This document shows positions 18,622 to 27,931 of a stretch of DNA of 64,000 nucleotides, piece by piece. The translations under genes and the position numbers were made by a program. The stretch covers positions 64,001 through 128,000 of the forward strand of contig JBBQUR010000003.1 of assembly GCA_038212275.1 (NCBI GenBank), written 5' to 3'. The notes under the pieces are model-generated. The model was given only the letters and a program-made list of their open reading frames with translations. It was not told where the DNA came from and did no database searches. This DNA is from Planctomycetota bacterium. GTDB taxonomy: Bacteria; Planctomycetota; B15-G4. Within the stretch, counting starts at the first letter, position 1. Each line of letters starts with the position of its first letter.

Positions 18622-20424
18622 ATGACGGAGCACTTCAACTTCGCGCGCGACGTCTTCGATGCGCACGCCGCCACCGACCCGTCGCGCCTCGCGCTGCTCT
18701 GGGTGAACGACGCAGGCGCCGAGGTGCGGCACTCCTTCGGCGAGTTGTCGGAGCGCAGCCGGCGACTGGCGCACGCTCTGCTTGCCCGCGGGCTGCGACC
18801 CGGACAGTCCGTACTGCTGCTGCTGCCGCGGCGCGTGGAGTGGTGGGAGGCGCTTCTGGCCTGCCTGCGCGCGGGCCTCGTCGCCAGCCCGGCCACGACC
18901 CAGCTGACCGAGCGCGACCTGGCGTCGCGACTCGCGGCTGCGGAGATCGCGGCCGTGCTCACCGACGCCGACCTCGCGCCGCGCGTGGATGCCGCGCTGG
19001 CGCTCTCTGGTCGGCACGTCACCCTCAAACTGGTGACGGACGGCGACGCGTCCTCCGCGGCGGACATCCTCGCCCGCGATCGCTCGGCCCCTGCAGCAGC
19101 AGGCACCGCCTTCTCGCCCGCTGCGCATGCCGCGCCCGTCGCGCCCGCTGCGCCCGCTGCGCCCGTCGCGCCCGTCGCGCCCGCTGCGCCCGCTGCGCAT
19201 GCCGCGCATGCCGCGCACGTCGCCGCTGCGACCGGTGCCGCGCCCGCCGCGCCCGCCGGGGGCGTGGCGTGGACGTCGTGGGCAGCCATCGGCGCCGACG
19301 ATGCGCCTCGCGAATGGGTCGCCACCGACACGCGCGCCGAGGATCCCGCGCTGCTCTTCTTCACGTCGGGCACGACCGGCGCACCGAAGATGGCGCTGCA
19401 CACGCAGGAGAGTTACGGCCGCGGCCATCGCATCACGGGCGAGCTCTGGCTGGGCCTGAACGTCACGGATCTGCACTGGAATCTCTCCGACACCGGCTGG
19501 GCCAAGGCCGCGTGGAGCAGCTTCTTCGGGCCGTGGATCTGCGGCGCAGCGCTCTTCGTGCACCACACGCCGCGCTTTTCGCCGCGCGCGACGCTGGAGC
19601 TGCTGTCGCGCCATCCGATCACGACGCTCTGCGGCGCGCCGACGAACTTCCGGCTGCTCATCCGCGAGGACCTCTCCGCGTTCCGCTTTCCGCACCTGCG
19701 CTCGTGCACCGCCGCGGGCGAACCGATCAATCCCGAGGTGCTCGCCGTGTGGGAAGCTGCGACGGGCGTGCCGATCCGCGACGGCTACGGCCAGACCGAA
19801 ACCGTGCTGTGCATCGGCAACCTGCCGGGCGAGGTGCTGCGCCCCGGCTCGATGGGCCGGCCCGCGCCAGGCTGGGAGATCGAGATCCTGGACGAGCACG
19901 ACGCGCCCGTGCCGCCCGGCGTCGAGGGCGAGATCGCCGTGCGCTGCAGGCCGCGCCGGCCGCTCGGTCTGTTCGCCGGCTACTGGCGCGACGCGGCGCG
20001 CACCGAGGCCGCCTTCCGCGGCGACTTCTACTGCACCGGCGACCGCGCGCGGCGCGACGAGGACGGCTACGTCTGGTTCGTCGGCCGCGCGGACGACGTG
20101 ATCAAGAGCAGCGGCTATCGCATCGGCCCCTTCGAGGTGGAGAGCGTGCTGCTCGAGCACCCGGATGTCGTGGAGTCCGCGGTGGTGGGCGTCCCCGACG
20201 CGCTGCGCGGCCAGCTCGTGAAGGCCTTCGTGGTGCTTTCTCCGGAGGCCGCGGCGCGCGTGGCTGCACGGCCGGACGCGCGCGGGGCGCTCGTCGCGGA
20301 ACTGCAGCGCTTCGTGCAGGAGCGCACGGCGCCCTACAAATATCCGCGCGAGATCGACTTCGTCGCGGAGCTGCCCAAGACCGTGAGCGGCAAGATCCGC
20401 CGCGTGGAGCTGCGCGGGGGCTGA
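18622..20424 (+). CDS. Medium-chain acyl-CoA synthetase (AMP-binding)
   Basis: FNFARDV, FFTSGTTGAPK, SDTGWAK, YGQTET, GRADDVIKSSGYRIGPFEVES, LPKTVSGKIRR. Confidence 0.93.
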   Translation: MTEHFNFARDVFDAHAATDPSRLALLWVNDAGAEVRHSFGELSERSRRLAHALLARGLRPGQSVLLLLPRRVEWWEALLACLRAGLVASPATTQLTERDLASRLAAAEIAAVLTDADLAPRVDAALALSGRHVTLKLVTDGDASSAADILARDRSAPAAAGTAFSPAAHAAPVAPAAPAAPVAPVAPAAPAAHAAHAAHVAAATGAAPAAPAGGVAWTSWAAIGADDAPREWVATDTRAEDPALLFFTSGTTGAPKMALHTQESYGRGHRITGELWLGLNVTDLHWNLSDTGWAKAAWSSFFGPWICGAALFVHHTPRFSPRATLELLSRHPITTLCGAPTNFRLLIREDLSAFRFPHLRSCTAAGEPINPEVLAVWEAATGVPIRDGYGQTETVLCIGNLPGEVLRPGSMGRPAPGWEIEILDEHDAPVPPGVEGEIAVRCRPRRPLGLFAGYWRDAARTEAAFRGDFYCTGDRARRDEDGYVWFVGRADDVIKSSGYRIGPFEVESVLLEHPDVVESAVVGVPDALRGQLVKAFVVLSPEAAARVAARPDARGALVAELQRFVQERTAPYKYPREIDFVAELPKTVSGKIRRVELRGG

Positions 20425-20436
20425 CTCGTCCGTCCC

Positions 20437-21087
20437 TCAGAAGGCGCCGCGCACGGACCACCACAGGTCCACGTAGACGTTGCCCCACCAGTGGGTGCGC
20501 AGGAACTCGGCCGGGAACTCCGGGTTGCCGATGTAGGGCCGCAGCACGTAGGCGAACTGCGCCGCCACGAAGAAGTAGAGCGTCGGCCACGCGAGCAGCG
20601 CGATGCGGTGCCGCGGGTTGGACGCGATGAGCGGGCGGTAGTGCCGGGTCAGCGTCTGCTGAGCGCCGAGGAGCGCCAGCGCGAACATCGCCGCGTTGGC
20701 CAGCTTGGCCATGTGGTAGTTGCTGGTCGTGGCGTAGCAGAGCGCCGTGATGGGCGAGAGCGAGGCGAGGCACACCGCAAAGGTGGCCTGCGCGGAGAGG
20801 ATGCCGCGGAAGGCCGCGCGGAAGTCGTCGCCGAGACCGAGCACGAGGTTCACGACGTAGAAGTTGGGCAGGCACACGAGCGAGGCGATGACGACGAGCA
20901 GCGGCACCTTCGCGGCGGAGGTCGCCGACTGCGCAGGCAGGCCGCCGTAGCTGCCCATGACCGCGCCGTACAGGGCGCCCGCAAGAAGCAGGATGACCGC
21001 GAGCCGCCACCACGGCACGGAGCGGCCTCCGACTCCGTGCAGCCCCTTGCCGCGCAGCAGGCCGTCGATGTCCAGCGAGGGCCGCAA
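20437..21087 (-). CDS. Conserved membrane protein (AKVPLL...LRPYIG), paralog 2
   Basis: 5-6 TM segments; motifs shared with upstream gene; TTG start 1 nt after upstream stop. Confidence 0.7.
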   Translation of the reverse strand: MRPSLDIDGLLRGKGLHGVGGRSVPWWRLAVILLLAGALYGAVMGSYGGLPAQSATSAAKVPLLVVIASLVCLPNFYVVNLVLGLGDDFRAAFRGILSAQATFAVCLASLSPITALCYATTSNYHMAKLANAAMFALALLGAQQTLTRHYRPLIASNPRHRIALLAWPTLYFFVAAQFAYVLRPYIGNPEFPAEFLRTHWWGNVYVDLWWSVRGAF

Positions 21088-21088
21088 C

Positions 21089-21835
21089 TCAGCGCCAGTG
21101 GTCGCCCATCGAGTTCAGGATGAACTCGAAGAAGTTGGACCAGCGCGGCCGGAGGAGCGCGAAGGGCAGCTGAGGATTGCCGATGAAGGGCCGCAGGATC
21201 CAGGCCATCTGCGCGCCGACCGCGCCGAAGATCAGCAGCCAGACGCGCACGATGCGCCGGGCGCGTCCGCTCTCCTCGGCGGCGGCGCGGCGTTCGTCGG
21301 CGCTCGCATGCTCGTCGATGGCGCCGGCCGCGCCGCCCGGAAAGACCGCGTTGATCGCGCGGTTGAGGAAGGCCAGACCGACCATGCCCGCGATGCCGCA
21401 GAAGATCACGTTGAGCAGCACCATGAAGCCGTGGCTGTCGGTGGAGAGCGTGAAGAAGGCGGTGATCGGCCCGAAGCTGGCGAGCACGCCGAGCATCACC
21501 GCGATGGCCGCCACCAGGAGGCGCAGCATCTGCTTCATCCCGAGGCGCGAGTTGGCCAGCGCCGCGAAGACGTAGAGCGACGGAAAGGTGACCAGCAGCG
21601 TGAGCAGGAAGAGCAGCGGCACCTTGGCCGCCGTGGCCGCGACGGCCCAGCCGGTGTGTTCGCGCCCGCCCATCGCGGAGTAGAGGCCCATGCACGCGCC
21701 GTAGACGCCGCCGAGCACGACGGCCGCAAGGATGAGCTTGCGCGCCGGCATCTCGACGCGCCCGCCCTGCAGCTCGTCCTTCTTCGTGAACTCGCCGCGC
21801 AGCAGGCGGTCGAGGTTGGAAAACCACTGGCTCAT
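21089..21835 (-). CDS. Conserved membrane protein (AKVPLL...LRPFIG), paralog 1
   Basis: LDRLLRG, YGACMG, AKVPLL, QMAWILRPFIGNP. Confidence 0.75.
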   Translation of the reverse strand: MSQWFSNLDRLLRGEFTKKDELQGGRVEMPARKLILAAVVLGGVYGACMGLYSAMGGREHTGWAVAATAAKVPLLFLLTLLVTFPSLYVFAALANSRLGMKQMLRLLVAAIAVMLGVLASFGPITAFFTLSTDSHGFMVLLNVIFCGIAGMVGLAFLNRAINAVFPGGAAGAIDEHASADERRAAAEESGRARRIVRVWLLIFGAVGAQMAWILRPFIGNPQLPFALLRPRWSNFFEFILNSMGDHWR

Positions 21836-22053
21836 GCGCTGCTCTCGCAGTGAGGACACGACGACACGTCGACACGACGACACGTCGACACCTGGCTGCG
21901 AGCTGGCCGCAGGCGCAGGGGCGATCGTGAAGCGGGACACGCCGCTCCGAACCCTCATGCGCCGAAGGCCGCCCGGACCGGACAGGAAAATCCGCGGGCA
22001 GCGCGTCTCAGGGCTCGGCGCGCCGGCAGCGCGAGCGCGCCGAGCCGTGTGTG

Positions 22054-25000
22054 TCAGTTGCCCTGCGGCGCGAGATCGAGCTCCTCGAGCACGCCGGCGC
22101 GGTAGCTCGGCGATTCGATGGTCGCCAGGGCCGCATCGAAGTGCGCCCGCAGGGCGGCATCGGTCAGCGCCTCGGGCGGCACGCTGGCCAGCACCTCGGC
22201 CATCGCGGCATCGCCGTCGATGCCCCGCGCGGCGGCGTCGAGCAGGTCGCCGAGTGCGGCGCGCGGCAGGTCATCGTCGCCGAGGAAACTCTGCAGCGTC
22301 TCCGCGAGGTAGGCGTCGGAGTCGATGGAGGCCAGCGCCACGAGCACCGCGGCGCGCACCGAGGCGTCGGAGAGTGCCCGCGCCGGGAGCTGCTGCAGGA
22401 CGTCCGCAAGACGCGCATCACTCTCCACCGACGTCGCGGCGGTCGAGAGCAGCGCCGCCAGCGTCTCGCCCTTGACGCCGCGCTGATCGAGCAACGGCGC
22501 GATGACCTCGGCGCGGTATGCATCCGAGCCCACGGTGTCGAGCGCGGCGAGGAAGGCCGTCCGCACCGCCGGGTCGCGCAGCCGCGTGCCGGGCACCTCG
22601 GCCAGCACATCGGCGGCGCATGAGTCGGACTCGAGGCCGCGTGCCGCGCTCTGCAGTGCTGCCACGAGGACGGTGCCGTCCACGTACTCGCCGCTCAGCA
22701 GGCTTTCCAGCACCTGAGCCTGATACGCGTCGGACTCCAGGCTGTCCACGGCAGCGAACAGCGGGCCTGCGAGATCCGGGTCGGCCAGCAGTTCGGCGCC
22801 CACCTCGTCGAGCAGGTCGGCGAGGAAGGCGTCCGACGGCAGGTCGGTGCCCACCTGCGACAGGGCGGAGGCCGTGTCGGCCGCGTCGAGTTCGTGCTCC
22901 GTGAACAGCGTCTCGTAGAAGCCGGCGCGCGTCGATTCCTCGGGCATCGCGGCCACTTCCGCCAGCACGGCGGAGATGCCGCCGTGATTCAGCAGCCAGT
23001 CGATGCGCTGCGACGTGAACATGCCGGTGTGCGCGAGGACGCCCGGCATCAGCCGGTCGAGCTCTGCCTGCAGCGCGGGCGCATCGGCCGGCGCGCCGGC
23101 AAGAGTGCCCGACAGCGACCACAGGCTCACGCCGTTCTCGTCCTCGCCGCCGCCCGTGACCACGATGCGGTCCGTGGCGCCGTCGTGCGTGCGCTCGACG
23201 ACGAGTTCCGCGCCGTCGCCGACGTGCGAGAGCTTCGTGCCGGTCTCGTCGGAGTCGAGACAGTCGCGCTGCGTCACGTGATAGGTCTCGCCGCCCTCGG
23301 TCCAGTTCCACGCCTGGTACCCGTCGAGGCGCCACATGTCATGGTCCTGCATGCCCATGGACACTCCCCACGCTCCCGCATTGCTCTCGAAAGCGTCGGA
23401 GTCGAAGGGATCGGCCTCGGACCACTCGCCGGGCGATGCCGGAAGCGGAGGCGCGGCGGCCCGTCCGGCCCGAGCCCCACGGGGAGGCAGGGGCGCACGC
23501 GCCGGCGCCGCGGCGCGGGCGGGCAGTGCTGCAGGCGATGACTGCGGCATGCGCACGACCACCGCGGCCGTGGCAGCCAGCGGCGCTGCCTGCGCAACGG
23601 GTGACAGCGCGGACCTCGCGATCCCGGCGCGCGGTGCGGCGCGGGCAGGCACACCCGCCACGGCGTGAACGGAGCCGGCCTGCTGCGGCGGAATCGCGCC
23701 GGTCGCTGGCCCGTCCTGAATAAGCATGACGGCGCCGCTCGGCGTGGTGATCTGCATGCCCGGTGCGTGGGCGCTTCCGTCATCGATCATGGCCAGCTGG
23801 TAGGTCTGGTTGGCGTCGGCAAGCGCCTCGTCGGATGCCGCCGCGCGGGGGCCGTCGCCGTTCTCTGTCGTCGGCCGACCGAAGCCCCGCTGGTTCATGA
23901 CCTGCAGGGTCCGGGCATCGGGGGGCGGAGCCGTGTTGTCCACGGGCTTGCCCTGCACGCAGGCCAGTGCCAGCACGAGCGTGACGGCGACGGCGCCGGC
24001 GGCCAGCGTGCGGCGGCCCGGCAGCGCGCGGCGGTCGCGGCGCTCGTCGAGCACGGCGAGCAGGCGGCCCTCGAGCTGGCTGCGCCGCGCCATCGCGAGC
24101 GTGGCGAAGCTGCCGGTCCATCCGGTCTGGCGCGTGCGCGCGATGTCGAGCAGGTGTCCCGCGTAGTCGCTCGCACGATTGCCGGCGGCCAGCACGCGGT
24201 CGTCGCAGGCGTGCTCGCGCTGCTGGCGCAGGCGGCGCGCGCCGAGCCACGCCAGCGGCTGATACCAGTACAGCGCGCAGGCCACCTGCGCGAAGACCTG
24301 CGTGAGCCAGTCGCCGCGCTGGATATGCGCCAGCTCGTGCAGCAGCACCTGGCGGCGGCGCGGCGCGGACCAGTCCCCGGCATCGGCCGGCAGCAGGATC
24401 ACCGGATGCGCGTGGCCCCACGTCATCGGCACGACGGGGCCGTCGGCGATGAGCAGCGTGACGCGGCGCCTCAGCGACAGCTCACCGGACGTGCGCGAGA
24501 GCAGGGCGAGCCACGCCGGGTCAAGCACCGGCCTGGCGGCGCGCGCCATCGCACGGGCTCGCAACAGGCCGACGCCCGTGAGCACCAGCACGAGCGCAGC
24601 GCCGGCGGCCCATGCCAGCGTGAGCCAGGCACCGACGCTCCAGCGCGAGGCCGGGCGGCTGGCGTGCGACGCCGTCGCGCCGGCAGTGCTGCGTGCGGCG
24701 CGCTCTCTGTCGCCCGCAGAGAACTCACGCGGCGCGGCGTCGTCGGCCTCCGCAGCCGCACGAACGGCCAGCGCATCCGAGCGCTGGTGCAGCGGCACGC
24801 GCGCGGCGGGCGGGGCGTCGACGCGTGGGACGGAGCGTCTGGAAGCCAGCGGCATGGCCGAGGGCGGCGTCATGGCCGGGGCCGTCGTCGTCGCCGGCGT
24901 CGGCGTCGGTGCCGGCGTGGACGACGTGGCCTCTCCGAACCATGTGCCGGACTGCGCCAGCGCGGCCGGCAGCGGCAGCTCGACGGAGACTCGCGGCAGC

Positions 25001-25236
25001 AGTGGCAGCAGCAGCACCAGGGCCAGCGCGCCGCCGAGCGCGAGCTGCCAGTGCGCGTGGCGCGTGGCGGCCGAGGCGCGGCGCAGCACGGCGTCCACGG
25101 CCAGGGCGATGAGCAGCAGCAGGCCGCCCTTGAGCGCGAGGTCCGGGAGCAGCGCGGTGAGCCCGCGGAACATGCTGCCGAGCGAAGCGGACAGGCCGGG
25201 CAGGTCGAGCGAGAGCACGGAGGTCAGCGTGTGCAT
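22054..25236 (-). CDS. BlaR1-like M56 family metallopeptidase sensor with C-terminal helical repeats
   Basis: SAATRH, VPMTWG, LLHELAHIQRGD, YWYQPLAW, REHACDD; about 8 SDAY-type repeats at the C-terminus. Confidence 0.88.
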   Translation of the reverse strand: MHTLTSVLSLDLPGLSASLGSMFRGLTALLPDLALKGGLLLLIALAVDAVLRRASAATRHAHWQLALGGALALVLLLPLLPRVSVELPLPAALAQSGTWFGEATSSTPAPTPTPATTTAPAMTPPSAMPLASRRSVPRVDAPPAARVPLHQRSDALAVRAAAEADDAAPREFSAGDRERAARSTAGATASHASRPASRWSVGAWLTLAWAAGAALVLVLTGVGLLRARAMARAARPVLDPAWLALLSRTSGELSLRRRVTLLIADGPVVPMTWGHAHPVILLPADAGDWSAPRRRQVLLHELAHIQRGDWLTQVFAQVACALYWYQPLAWLGARRLRQQREHACDDRVLAAGNRASDYAGHLLDIARTRQTGWTGSFATLAMARRSQLEGRLLAVLDERRDRRALPGRRTLAAGAVAVTLVLALACVQGKPVDNTAPPPDARTLQVMNQRGFGRPTTENGDGPRAAASDEALADANQTYQLAMIDDGSAHAPGMQITTPSGAVMLIQDGPATGAIPPQQAGSVHAVAGVPARAAPRAGIARSALSPVAQAAPLAATAAVVVRMPQSSPAALPARAAAPARAPLPPRGARAGRAAAPPLPASPGEWSEADPFDSDAFESNAGAWGVSMGMQDHDMWRLDGYQAWNWTEGGETYHVTQRDCLDSDETGTKLSHVGDGAELVVERTHDGATDRIVVTGGGEDENGVSLWSLSGTLAGAPADAPALQAELDRLMPGVLAHTGMFTSQRIDWLLNHGGISAVLAEVAAMPEESTRAGFYETLFTEHELDAADTASALSQVGTDLPSDAFLADLLDEVGAELLADPDLAGPLFAAVDSLESDAYQAQVLESLLSGEYVDGTVLVAALQSAARGLESDSCAADVLAEVPGTRLRDPAVRTAFLAALDTVGSDAYRAEVIAPLLDQRGVKGETLAALLSTAATSVESDARLADVLQQLPARALSDASVRAAVLVALASIDSDAYLAETLQSFLGDDDLPRAALGDLLDAAARGIDGDAAMAEVLASVPPEALTDAALRAHFDAALATIESPSYRAGVLEELDLAPQGN

Positions 25237-25238
25237 GT

Positions 25239-25628
25239 TCAGCGTCCTTCCTTGCGGGCCCGCTCGATGAGCTGGGCGAGGTGATCGAGTTCGGAGGCGT
25301 CGAGCGGGCGCGACTTCAGGTCGAGCAGCGCGGCCATGGTCTGGCTCGCGCTGTCGTCGAAGAAGGTGCGCACGAGCTGGCGCAGCGCCGACTGGCTGGC
25401 GCGCTCGCGCGTGACGATGGGGAGGAAGACGTAGCGCGGGCCGTCCTGCTCGTGCTTCAGGTGGCCCTTGTCCTCCAGCACGCGCAGCAGCGCGCGCACA
25501 GCCGAGTAGCTCGGCGGGTCGGGGATGTTGTCCGTGACCTCCTGCGCGGTGGCGCGGCCGCGGGCGTAGATCACGTCCATGATCTGGCGCTCGCGGCGCG
25601 AGAGGGTGTGCTGCTTGGGCTGGGCCAT
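25239..25628 (-). CDS. BlaI/MecI/CopY family transcriptional repressor
   Basis: LSRRERQIMDVIY, SYSAVRALLRVLEDKG, LVRTFFD. Confidence 0.92.
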   Translation of the reverse strand: MAQPKQHTLSRRERQIMDVIYARGRATAQEVTDNIPDPPSYSAVRALLRVLEDKGHLKHEQDGPRYVFLPIVTRERASQSALRQLVRTFFDDSASQTMAALLDLKSRPLDASELDHLAQLIERARKEGR

Positions 25629-25775
25629 GACGATCTCTCCCGAGGCGCGGCCGGCGGCGCCCGCGCGTGCTGTCGAACCATCTCGCCGCGCTCCGCGGCA
25701 CGGCGAGTCTGCTGAAAAGAGCCGGCCCGGGACTCTCCCTCCCGGACCGGCTCAAAGGAGCCGGGCTCTGCCCGA

Positions 25776-25812
25776 CTGCTGCTTTTCCAGCAGAGTGCTA
25801 AGAAACTAGCAC
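25776..25812. promoter_or_regulatory. Two tandem 18-bp palindromes, putative BlaI operator
   Basis: CTGCTG-CTTTTC-CAGCAG (25776-25793) and GTGCTA-AGAAAC-TAGCAC (25795-25812), upstream of the blaI-like gene. Confidence 0.6.
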
Positions 25813-25934
25813 CATGTCCGGCGCGGCGTCAAGGGGCGAAATCCGAAGCGCTCTCCAGCGCGAGCATCGCCCGGTTGTCCGCCACGGCCCGGGCCGCCAT
25901 GCTGGAGCTCGCGCCGGAAGATCGTGCGGGAGAG

Positions 25935-27766
25935 ATGTGCATGGCACAGACGAGTGCGCTGAAGCGAGGCCTCGCCGTCGTCGGCGTGCTGCTGATCATG
26001 CTCGCGCTCGGCTGGTGGGTGCTGCACACGGACGGATCCGATATTGGCGTGCGTGCCGCCCCGCTGACGAAGCCGTCGACACGCGAGGCCGCGGCCGCGA
26101 ATCTTCCGGCGCCGGCCGCTTCGCCGCCGCTGGTCGTCACGCCGCTCGTTCTCGACGCGATGTCGCCGACCACCACGCGCTCCGCCGAGTCCGCGAACGA
26201 CGGCATCCCCTCGGGCTCGCTCACCGTGCGCGTGCGCTGGTCGGATCGCAGCGTGGCGGCGGGCATCAACCTCAGCGTCATCGACTGGCACCGCCCCAAC
26301 GCGACGGAGCTGGTGCTGCGCGCGACGACGGATGCGGCGGGCGAGGCGCACTTCGCGCGCGTCGCGGCCGGCAGCCTTTTCGTGCAGCCGGATCGCTGCG
26401 ACGGCGTCATGGTGACGCTGCCGCCCGGCGAGGAGCAGCTCGTCGAGCTGGTCATCCCGCCGGGCTTCGCGATCGTCGGTCGCGTCGTGGACGAGCAGGG
26501 TACCGGCATCGCGGACGCGGTCGTGTCGCTGTCCGACCCAGGCACCTACGACCTCTGGCGCGATCTCTCCCGCACCGATGCGCGCGGCGACTTCCTGCTG
26601 CGCGACGCCGGCTCATCGCGTTTCGTCTGCGCGCGCGCCGGGGGCTACAGCGCCTCCGACACGCTCGACGTGTCCGCGTGGGCCGACGGCGACGCGCTGG
26701 AGATCGTGCTGCGCGCGCCGTGCGGCGCCGTGCTCGCCGCGGCGAGCCGATCGGCGGCGCGTGGGTGGTGCTCTATCCGGCCGACGATGCGAACGTCCAG
26801 CACGAGCGCTCGTCCTTCGCTGTGACGGCGGCGAACGGCTCGTTCACGGCGCTGAGTGTCGACTGGCCGGTCGTGGACATCGACATCAGTCTTTCGCCAG
26901 GCGGCGTGCCCGCGCTCGTGCTCGAGAACCAGGAGCGCTGGACCGGGCAGCGCGCGTTCCACGTGCCGTGGTCCAAGGGCGCGGGCAACGTCGTGCGTGG
27001 CCGCGTCGTCGGCATGCTGGTCGAGCCGAGTGAACTGCTGACCGTGGGCCTCCGGCGTCGTGAGGATTCGGGCGCGCGCGGGGTGACCTCGGTGTGGCCC
27101 AACGGCCGCTTCGAGGTGCAGAACCTTCCCGACGGAGAGTTCGTGCTCGGCGTGTGGCTCGGCGATCTGCAGGTGCTCGCATGCGCTGTCGAGCTGCGCG
27201 GCGGCGCCACGGTCGACCTCGGCGATCTCGTCGTCCTCACGGGCGGCCTCGTCGTGCGGCCGGCGTTCGTCGGGCTGTCCGCGGTCCCCGCGCTGAGCAA
27301 CGTGAGCGTGCGACTGCACGCGACCGACGGCCTGGAGCGGACGTACAAGCTTGCCGCCGACGGCGCCGCATGGGTCACCAGCGGGGTGATCGTCGGCGAC
27401 TATGAGCTGACCATCGGCTACCCCGAACTGGGAGTCGTGCGCCGGCCGGTGACGATCGAGGCCGGCGCGCCGCAGCATCTCTCCGTGGACCTGCGCCCGG
27501 GGGCGATGGTGACGATCAGCGCGTGCGGCGCCGGATTGAAGCTGCTTGGCGAAGTGGGGCGCATCGAAGTGAGAGAGCCCGGCGGCAGCTTCCTCGGCGG
27601 CCAGTCAGGCACCGAGGACAGCACGGGCTGCATCGAGCTCACGAAGCGCCTCGCCGCCGGCCGCTACATCGTCGCGATTCTGTCGGGCGAGGACATCCTC
27701 GCTACGCGCGACCTCGACGTGCCCACAGATGTGCGCGAGCAACGTGTCGACATCGAGCTGCCCTGA
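25935..27766 (+). pseudogene. Carboxypeptidase-regulatory-like domain protein, internally deleted and frameshifted near 26727
   Basis: N-half (VRVRWSDRSVAAG...IVLRAPCG) and C-half (GEPIGGAW...) are in different frames; both align with the intact paralog 27932..30298. Confidence 0.75.
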
Positions 27767-27931
27767 GGCTGCCGGATCGCGGACGCTTCTGCGATACTCG
27801 CGACGCGGCTTCTGTCGCGCACGCCGCAGGGAGCACGGGAGCGAAGTGATGTCGGGGAATATGGCCACGCGAGTACCAGTCTCTCGAGTCTCGCGCGCCG
27901 CGCGAGCTACGCGAGCCAGGCGAGCCAGGCG

